A stretch of 63,255 bases of DNA, counting the filler, from Dicyema japonicum (lineage: Eukaryota > Animalia > Dicyemida), in the NCBI GenBank assembly GCA_011109175.1. It is 5 parts of 5 records of this genome, joined end to end, with 100 filler letters (N's around TTAATTAATTAA, not from the genome) between each part and the next. Parts side by side here need not be neighbours in the genome. Positions count along the whole stretch, not along the records: positions 38,755 to 57,079 come from RDEW01000080.1; positions 57,180 to 60,511 come from RDEW01000339.1; positions 60,612 to 63,255 come from RDEW01000002.1; 2 more parts are not named here. One strand, given 5' to 3'. The position numbers were made by a program, and so were the translations under genes. Positions 54,900-63,255 of the stretch are shown here, piece after piece. The notes below the pieces were generated by a model. That model was not told where the DNA came from. It ran no database searches and saw nothing but the letters and a program-made list of their open reading frames with translations. Numbering within the stretch: the stretch's first letter is position 1; the number at the start of each line of letters is the position of its first letter.

Positions 54900-56300
54900 G
54901 AGGAGGTTATATGAATAAGTGTAACTTCTAATAAGTAAAAGGAAATGCGCTCAATGAGTCAGCTCCTTTCTCTCCGATCGTTTTTCCTCTTCGCAATGAG
55001 CAAACCGATCGTGTTTATCAGGGTAAGTGATCAATGATTCCTGTCGTTTCGACTGCCACTTGTTTGAGAATTAATTGTCCGTCAAGACATCAGTATTTTT
55101 TATCTTTAGGATCTCAGCCTNGCTCAATGAGTCAGCTCCTTTCTCTCCGATCGTTTTTCCTCTTCGCGATGAGCGAACCGATTTTGTTTAGCAGGGTCAG
55201 TGAACAATGATTCCTGTCGTTTCGACTGCCACTTGTTTGAAAATGAATAGTCCGCTAAGACATCAGTATTTTTTATCTTTAGGATCTCAACTTTCTACGA
55301 TGCAAAGCCTGGGTTATTTGCTGTAGATGTAAGGTTGGTGGGGGAGAAACTAGGAGATAGGCAATAGGTAGAATAATCTTCTCTTGGATGTAACACATCA
55401 CAAAAGCACACAGTATCTTGGCCCAACTCTAAGCCAAGACTATCATTTACCTTACAGTAAAGATATGATATTCCAGGCATCCGCTAATCAGAAAAGTAAA
55501 ATAATCTTAACTTGAAATTATAATGAGCTCTTTAGTATTCCTTAGTTTTCCTTTTCTGATATGGATAAATGTACTCTCAATTTTTAGAAGTGAATTCTTA
55601 TTGATGAAGCCGAGTTATAAAAGCAAAAAGTAACAAAATCAGAAATCTTGTCTTGAGGATGCCTTCCGTAAGATATTCCATAATCGTGGAGACGTTTAGT
55701 GTGATTTATATTAGATTTCGTAACTTCTTCCATTCAAACAGATTGTACGTGATGGAAAATAAACTTGTGTTGAGTAGCTACAATTCATTTAACATCAATT
55801 CTCATCTTATGTTGGTCGCTTTAGTGGATTCTTTTAAGAAGGTTTTACAACATTCCCTATTGCTATTCGAATTGACATGTCCACCCATCGGTAGCAGAAT
55901 GTACGAGAAAGTTCCCCCCTTAGACAAGATTCAAGCATTGCTATATTGCGAACACGGATTTTCTGAAAGCGCTTACTCAGGAGACACCAAAAGCGTAGAA
56001 GACTGAGCCGCCGGATTTCCTATACAAAACTAAGAGGACTTGCCACGTGTTTCTTCACCTCCTACCCCGCTGATTTCACTGAATATAGAGACTTTATCCA
56101 CAAGCATTAACTTCATGCTAGAATATAACCGTAAAGGATTCTTATTTTTAAGGAAAAAAGCACTAAAGACACGTGCTCCGCCTGCCATTTTAGAAATTTT
56201 CTTTATAACATCTACTGATGAATTGATAGAATATAAAAATAACTCAGGTCCACGAGGTTACAACGGAGTAATTGAATAACCTTCATGTACCTTCGCTAAT
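54900..56300 (-). mobile_element. Highly decayed CRE-like element
   Basis: KY.CL.G.FIFKQVAVETTGI (RLE end); weak LLPMGG motif upstream. Confidence 0.45.
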
Positions 56301-57079
56301 AACTATCATGTCTATTTCTTTAAAATAATCTCTGCTATAACTTCGTTAATTCCGCAATCAGTATCCTCCAATACAAATTCACAGACTAGTTTCTTCATCA
56401 GAATACACCAAAGATCAAATCTAGGGAATCCTCAGTCTTCTTGTTTTTATTGTTAGAATATCTTGAGGTAATTTCTCCTTTCTTAGTGATTTTGAGGTAA
56501 AGATTTTTGAGAAAATATGAATTAAAAGAAAATCCCTTCTAAGCAATTCATCTGGGGAGATGTAACGATCTGCAAGTTACCACGAGTACCTTAGTGGGGA
56601 TCTTGGATGAGACTGGAACCAAGAGGATGTTTATCATAACCAGGTAGAGAGAGTAGGAGCTGACTTAGTTCCTCAAGGCATGGTGGCACTTTTATGACAA
56701 AATAAGGAAGATTGAAACTGCTTTTTTCTGATATCTGAAAACTGTTTATAATCAGTAGTAAGGATTGGGAATAGCTGCAACAAAAAGCAATAAGAAAGAA
56801 TGAAGGATTTAATTGTCCCTACGGATACTTTAGTTTTTCCGTTCCAAAGGTTTATATATCTTTCTGTGTTTAGTTTTTCTGTTCCAGAGGTTTATATATC
56901 TTTCTGTGGTTCTTGACTAGAGAAGAAGACTGAGGGTTCACCTAATATGTCTTAAAAACGTTGTTGTGATTGCCACATAATTCCGAGACAAAGAAGACTT
57001 CAGTTAGATACCGTATTGAAAAAATGGTCCGAACGATAATACTAAGTGCTCTTCGCGGTCTTCTTCACGGGGAATTGAC

Positions 57080-57179
57080 NNNNNNNNNNNNNNNNNNNNN
57101 NNNNNNNNNNNNNNNNNNNNNNNTTAATTAATTAANNNNNNNNNNNNNNNNNNNNNNNNNNNNNNNNNNNNNNNNNNNN
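57080..57179. other. Artificial scaffold spacer
   Basis: Same 100-nt spacer. Confidence 0.97.
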
Positions 57180-58138
57180 AAAAACATTCTCAGTGGTTTT
57201 TCAACGAGATTCTTATCTGTGGACCAATTTCAGAAATTCAAAAAGTCCTCAAATTGGATATGAAATTTCCCTGTCAGTTTAATCGGTTTATTTTGGACTC
57301 TTATTGCAGATTTCGACAGGAGGTTGAGTTTTTGAGGAAGTGGGCCTCGCTTTTAGTCCGGAAGATCACTGAGAATTGCGATTCCAAGTCTTTTGAGTCC
57401 AAGAGATACGCTCGGTTGTCTTTTTCTGAGGAAGATCGGGTCTCCACTGATTTCCATGCCTTGCAGGTGGACGAAAAGTCCTGGTCAAACAAGTCCTGGT
57501 CTTTTAAAAACCGGGGTTATTTTGAAAATGTTATTTTAGAATGCAACAGGCAAATTTTGTTTTTTGACAAAACTCATGTTCGCACAGTTTTCACGAGCAC
57601 TCCCAGGGAGCCTCAATATTTTGACGTTTTCATTTCGTATCGACGGGATTATGGGTCTCACATTGCCAGGTTGGCTGGATTGATCAATCTAGTCTTTTAC
57701 ATTGTATTTTCAAGGTTCGTGGAATAAAATCATTTTTGGACGTAACTACGCTGAGTTCTGGATGTTTTGAGTCGTCACTCGTGGAATCGATAGCAAAGAG
57801 TAAAAACTTTATAGCAATTCTCTCGCGAAATGCTCTCGATCGTTGCTATGAGGACGAGCAAGTCGAGGACTACTTTCACCTGGTTATCATCTGTGGTTAT
57901 ATCTCAGGAAATTCGTACTGCTATGGAGAGGAATAAAAATGTGATTCCAATTTTCCTTGATTTCAATACTCCAGATGTTAGTAGACTCCCAAAAGTCTTT
58001 GGTTCATTTTTGACTCGAAATGGAGTCACGTGGAATCATGAGTATCAAGATGCTTGCATCGACAAAGTCATCTCTTTCCTTCTTCCTGTCACTGACTGTG
58101 AGATTCTGACCACTCCTTTGAGTATGTCTAGCATTTGA
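57180..58138 (+). CDS. SARM1/TIR-1-like TIR-domain protein, 5' end truncated by the spacer
   Basis: After removing introns 57670-57692 (23 nt) and 57883-57907 (25 nt) it reads FDVFISYRRDYGSHIASLLHCIFKVRGIKSFLDVTTLSSGCFESSLVESIAKSKNFIAILSRNALDRCYEDEQVEDYFHLEIRTAMERNKNVIPIF...NGVTWNHEYQDACIDKVISFL. This is colinear with the SARM1 TIR domain. No SAM/ARM domain is recognisable in the ~160 aa upstream. Confidence 0.88.
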
Positions 58139-58864
58139 TTTAGCTACTTTTTGTAAAATAGATTTTTAATTCTTACACTGTTAGCTTCTTTACTTCTCCA
58201 GACGATTAGGGCACTATGAAGAGTTCATTTTGCTGAGTCACTTAGTGAGACAGTATATGTAAACCAAATGAGTCACACCTAACTTTTAAAGGGGAGATTC
58301 GGGAAATGTAGTCTATTTTGGCTGGCCTATCGAGAATTTTGAGGAACTAAGTGTAATGGGCTTCCGTTTAATGAAGTCGTTAATAGTAGCCTTTCGAATC
58401 TGCAATTTTGAGACATTTGAAAAAGTCGCGGATTCGAGAGGTTTTACTGTACTGGTGATATTTAATATGACAGATAGCCATCAAACTCACATTACTAATT
58501 AAATTTTGGAAGAATTCAAAAAGGAAGGAGCCTATCTGCTGGCCATTTGAGCAAATGTCGTTCGCCATCCTGAGAGGGAGTAGTGTAATAAGTGTCGGGC
58601 AAAAGGCCTGATTGCCCCAGTTCGAATGCTGTACTTTCTGGCTGAACGTTCCACACAGCTACGATGCTTTGGCTTGACGATTAACACCGTCATTAGTGAA
58701 CATCTCACTGCGGAACCGGATCGTCTACAAAAGGACTCACACCCAAAAAAAGACATGAAGAGCATTCCTTGGTTCTCCCTCAAAGATTAGTTATGATAAC
58801 TGTTTTTTACTTTGCTAAAGTGTGTGTTCTTCTGAAAGGAGCTATAGTTAATATGACTCTTCGT

Positions 58865-59160
58865 AAATAATAATAATAACGCCAGAGACCACGGTTACAC
58901 AAACTAACTAATCACGTGATCTCAGCACGCTCTAACAAGGACCTCATCTCGGCCCGATGCTCCTCCCTCGACCCCACACAAGCACGTATCGGTCGAGTTA
59001 CTGGACTGTCGTAGTCACGACGGCGCGTTCCATGGTTCATTCGTATCAAGGCTTCAAGAGGCATTGGAGGCTCTTTTCAGGCTAGCCTCGATCTTCAAGA
59101 CATTCGTCCAAGAGATGAATGGGCCCCATATACCACATGCATACGATAAAGACAATAGGC
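58865..59160 (-). mobile_element. LINE 3' end
   Basis: LSYACGIWGPFISWTN; tail gtgtaaccgtggtctctggcg(tta)n. Confidence 0.75.
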
Positions 59161-59579
59161 ATTATTAGATAGATGTCAACCAATTTCTTTAATTAAAATG
59201 AATTATTTTTTTTAACGACCTCAATTAACAACTTTGTTTATTAAAATAAATTTAAATTACTGCATTTTTATTATTTCATCAGATTTTTCATAATGATATT
59301 TTAACAAATTTAATTTATTAAAACAAAATAATCAGTGCCTCTGCAAGGACTAGAGTATGCAACCCCGTCAATATCGGAAATGCGCAGGAACGCAGTCGGA
59401 ACACCGAGAAAAAGATGCGGAGACTGTTGAGGTAGGCTGATCACCTGAATTTTGTTTATTTTGGATATGAGGGTGGTTTTCTGGTTCAATAATAATAATT
59501 ATCAAAAATGTCCTCGCCGAAATAATCGAAGTTGATTTACCTCTTGCTCTCTCAACAAAGATCAATTTAACAAATTAAA

Positions 59580-60070
59580 TTTTATATCTGTAAGAAGACT
59601 GCTTAAAAAACAAATAATTCTGATCAAAGGATTTCTCTGGCTGTTGTCAGGGGAAACTGCCACTCAATTACCTCAAATGGCCCCAGTTAATATGAAAATT
59701 ATGAATCGTCTTCGTCATGGAGTTGGCGAGGTAATCTTCTCTAGCATGTCCACTGTCCATGACTGTAGAGAAATATATCTTAGGTTTCTTGTTTCGGTTA
59801 GGTCATTGCAGGGATGCATAAGATTATTTAGGTCGTTGAAGAATTGTAGGTTTTTTATACACAGCTGATCTTCGATTGGAAAGAATAGAGGATTCCCAGT
59901 GTAGGTGGTCTATAGATGTGCGCAGGTTGCAACCGGTAATTGATCGCAAACCCACATTTATAGTTTTTTGAAGTTTTCGTAGAGTTGAGTGGAAAAACAC
60001 AGCTAGACTAGCCAGAACCTGTAAAGTTCAACTTAAAAGAGGCCATCGGCTTCCCTCAGCAATCTTCGCA
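59580..60070 (-). mobile_element. LINE RT C-terminal remnant
   Basis: LQKTINVGLRSITGCNLRTSIDHLHWE; related fragment at 32530-32600. Confidence 0.65.
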
Positions 60071-60345
60071 TTGTTATGTGTATCCACTTTCCACTTCTAC
60101 AAAAACAGAGTCATCAAAAATCAGCAAAAAATGAAAGATGTCCATCAATTGCAGATGTGGAAACCCTCCAGTAGAGTGGGGGAGACCAAATGATCCTTTT
60201 TCTTGCCAGCTTGACATTGGCGCTAGCTAGACAGATGGATCACATGACGCCACTCTATTAGTAAGGGAAAAAGGAGGAACAGACAAAACAACAGAAAAAC
60301 TTCAACCAATTAGACACGTAACAACAACATGGCGACACGCAGACT
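60070..60345 (-). mobile_element. SINE-like element, copy D
   Basis: The reverse complement reproduces the head (gcgtgtcgccatgt..taattggttgaagt) and the core. Confidence 0.8.
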
Positions 60346-60511
60346 ACCATTCAAATTGGTTAGTTAACAGCATTTGAATTAAATAAAAATTATTAATATA
60401 ATTAAAAAAATTAATTATAAAAATAAATAATCAGATTATTTGAATACGTGTAGTTTTGTTGATTTTTTTACAGCTGGGTAAGGATTAATATGTCCACTAA
60501 CAAAAGTGGAG

Positions 60512-60611
60512 NNNNNNNNNNNNNNNNNNNNNNNNNNNNNNNNNNNNNNNNNNNNTTAATTAATTAANNNNNNNNNNNNNNNNNNNNNNNNNNNNNNNNN
60601 NNNNNNNNNNN
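60512..60611. other. Artificial scaffold spacer
   Basis: Same 100-nt spacer. Confidence 0.97.
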
Positions 60612-62690
60612 CAGTCTTGTTCACGTTCGTTAGTCTAACTTTCACCGTATTTTTAATGAAACTCAGACTTTGCCTATGAAGCTCTCTGGAACCACACTCA
60701 CAACTAATTATCAAAGGAGGAACGTCTACTTTTGAGAGAATTTTAATCGGGACAAAAATCGGTCGTACAGTTAAAGTAAGCGAGACTGAATTAAAATTAA
60801 AGTTATTCGACAACAACGACTGCAAGGTTAGCTATAACTGAGAGAGAATATCTGACGATTCTTGTGAAATTCAAATGAACCCAGAATGTGGAGAAATTGG
60901 TAACAGTTTATGAAAATACCAGAACCTTGGGGAGTGGAGAACCAAGAATTAGAAATTACTGGAAAAATGTCTTCGAAATTGAGAAAAAAATTTGCGCAAA
61001 AATTGAAAATCGAAACAAACTATTGGAACTGGCAATATTCGTGAAATTTAAAGTTTTAAAATTTTAACATTAAAGGACTGTGAAATATCTCTTTCTACCC
61101 ACGTGGCCAATTCACTGACTATTTAGGAAAACATTATTAAGATTACTCCAAATTATGGGGGAATTACATCGTTCAAGAGCTGCGAGAGACAAATTACGTT
61201 TTTGGCTCAAAATATCGGCTATAACGAAGAGTTTATTGAGTTTTACACAGATCAGAAAGAAAAGAGGTTGTTTTTCGTGTATAATATAAAAGAATACTAA
61301 AATTTGTGTCCCACGTGATAGAGCCGTGTATTATATTTAATAAATCCTGCGTTCATCTCGAGGACTGGTATGTGGTGATTCCTCAGCTGTTTGTCCTCTA
61401 AATAATAAACAAAACTCCGCTGAAAACACAATTCAAATTCGATAACGTGATGTCTCCACTTATTCTAGTCTATTTGTGAGTTTCATTCTTCCTCCCCATT
61501 CCAAACACAGCCTCATAATTCAAATGAGGAAGGTCGTGCTAAGTTGGATAATCTGCCCTGCCTCTGCCAATCGGGTACTTTGAATGGAAATGAGACACGT
61601 GACATGGAATTTACAATCACAGTCCACAGAACTGTCGTTTATTTAAAAAATCAGTTAGATTTTAGTACAGGATTGTATATTATGATGAGTGTAGATAATA
61701 ACAGTGAAACACGTGTAAATATTTCGGGGGAGCTCAAGGGATTAGACTTGAGCTGCAAAGTTGACGAAAATGACTGGTTTTTGTGGAAATTATTTTAAGG
61801 AAATCGTTGACGGAAATCGACTTTCCAAATCACGCGATTGGTGAGTTTTCAAGCGGATCCTTACAAATCCGGAATAACACGGCAATCAGGTCGACGTTTA
61901 CTGCAAAAATCGAAAAATTCAACGAAGTTGAAAACTTAAATGTTATAAGGATTCCTCTGTCAATCACACTCTCGGGGACTCCTCTGTTACTCCCGATGTT
62001 CCCGAATTCAGCAAAATTGAGGAAAAATCAGTTGAGATAAAATTCTAATCCGTAGATTTGGACTACAAATAGTATATAGGGGTCCCCAAGTAAAGGAGAT
62101 CACAATAAAAAATATGGGGATCTCCGGTAACCTTGTTAATAATCTCAGATATTAAGTTACATTTAAATCTCTACCAAATTAGCATCAGGGAATTGACGGA
62201 TATCAAGAAGTTATTCGATTTCAAAATACTTCAGCAAAGACCCTTAGATTATTGAATTTACAAAAAGAACAAAATTTACCCGGTTTTCAAATCTCCGAAA
62301 CGACTGAATTTAACTTCCAACAGTTATTTTTGAGAAATATGCAGATAATGGTGGGCCCTTCGAGCTTAGCAAATGTGAAATTGTAATTTCAGGATTTTGT
62401 GATTTTAGACTATTCTCAGAGGACAAACAAACAAGTTCAACGTCACATTCGGGCTACCAAAAATAGAAGCACGTGGCGAATTTTACGGAGTTGTTGTCGG
62501 CTACATGACTTTGGATCCACCTGTTTGATTACATAATCTAAATAGAATTTAAAATCTCCAGGGAATTCAGTGTGGTGGATAAATTGACAAAAAGAGCATG
62601 AACTCATAATCCAACACGTGGGTTCGTCATTCAAGTTTATCCAGTGAGGACTTTTCCTCACGATTAAATATCTGAGACTAGTCATCCCAG
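60612..62690 (+). pseudogene. DLEC1: DLEC1/CFAP81-like ciliary gene with micro-introns, two in-frame stops and one homopolymer frameshift (pseudogene or assembly errors)
   Basis: Spliced segments LFDNNDCKVSYN*ERISDDSCEIQMNPECGEIEP, ICAKIENRNKLLELAIFVKFK, HVIEPCIIFNKSCVHLEDWYVVIPQLFVL*IINKTPLKTQFKF, RVNISGELKGL, EIDFPNHAIG..LQIRNNTAIRSTF, IPLSITLSGTPL and FGLQIVYRGPQVKEITIKNMGISDIKL match recalled DLEC1 ASH-domain segments in order. TGA at 60839-60841, TAA at 61399-61401, and an A7 run at 60984-60990 needing +1. Confidence 0.72.
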
Positions 62691-63050
62691 CAGAGGTCGA
62701 ATCGGAATCTTAAGATTACATTCTTCTTAGTTTCAATCTATCCTACGAGATTAAATATCTGAGACTAGTCATCCCAGCAGAGGTCGAATCGGAATCTTAA
62801 GATTCCATTCTTCTTAGTTTCAATCTATCCTACGAACTCACAAGAAAGGGGAGATCAGATAAGGCGATAGAAATTTACTAAGGGAGACAGTTTCTATAAA
62901 TGCCACTGACTTGATGAATAAGACAAAAAAGATGTGAGGATTTAATGTGTGAATAAACAAAATTAACGGCTATTATTTGATAATCAATAAAGATGTGAGG
63001 ATTTAATGTGTGAATAAACAAAATTAACGGCTATTATTTGATGGTCAATA
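62660..63050. repeat. Two adjacent two-copy duplications (87-bp and 60-bp periods)
   Basis: gattaaatatctgag at 62662 and 62749; aagatgtgagga near 62931 and 62991. Confidence 0.85.
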
Positions 63051-63255
63051 ATTAACGCAATCAGGTCTGAGCTTAGCAATGCCTACATAAATGGCAAATT
63101 ACATCGGCGTATATTACACGTTGGAGGGATGTGCTCGAAGGACATCAGAAAGTGCTCCACACTAATTGAAGAATTCTTTGCAGGAAACGATGTGTCTGTC
63201 CTGGTAGGAGATCTAAACGCCAAGAACATTGAATATGGATGCCTCGGAACAGACA
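63050..63255 (+). mobile_element. LINE APE fragment running off the window
   Basis: VLVGDLNAKN motif. Confidence 0.65.

Noticed and set aside
58380-58783. Minus-strand ORFs as a host gene
   Set aside because: The plus strand reads SFAILRGSS, like a CRE 3' end, next to a pogo-like MITE end; probably TE debris.
60839-61401. Stop-codon reassignment (UGA=Trp, UAA=sense)
   Set aside because: TTLL1 splices with no internal stops, uses TGG for all Trp and ends in TAA; the TIR gene ends in TGA.

Overview
AT-rich (about one-third GC by eye) animal nuclear DNA made of five contigs joined by artificial 100-nt spacers (N44-TTAATTAATTAA-N44), so adjacency across the spacers is not evidence. Most of the window is decayed retroelements: APE-type LINEs (Jockey/I/Ingi-like and RTE-like), restriction-like-endonuclease LINEs (R4/Dong-like and CRE-like), an rve-type integrase remnant, a bipartite SINE-like family and MITE relics. 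A few very compact host genes are broken by 19-32-nt GT-AG introns, which is why the ORF track misses them. These are a complete TTLL1 (11 introns of 19-25 nt, reconstructed by hand), a head-to-head CENP-I-like gene 58 nt away, a SARM1/TIR-1-like TIR-domain gene, and a DLEC1/CFAP81-like gene with two premature stops and a frameshift. Micro-introns plus ciliary genes suggest a dicyemid mesozoan or similar reduced animal (inference only). The most unusual unexplained signal is the palindrome CACGTG, found at least 37 times (about 5-7 expected) in exons, transposon relics and intergenic DNA, and also at both ends of a MITE. Other highlights are about half of the introns using GTT donors, a 2A-like peptide ahead of a LINE endonuclease, and a conserved pseudoknot-like core in the SINE. 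All homology calls come from recalled motifs; no searches were run.
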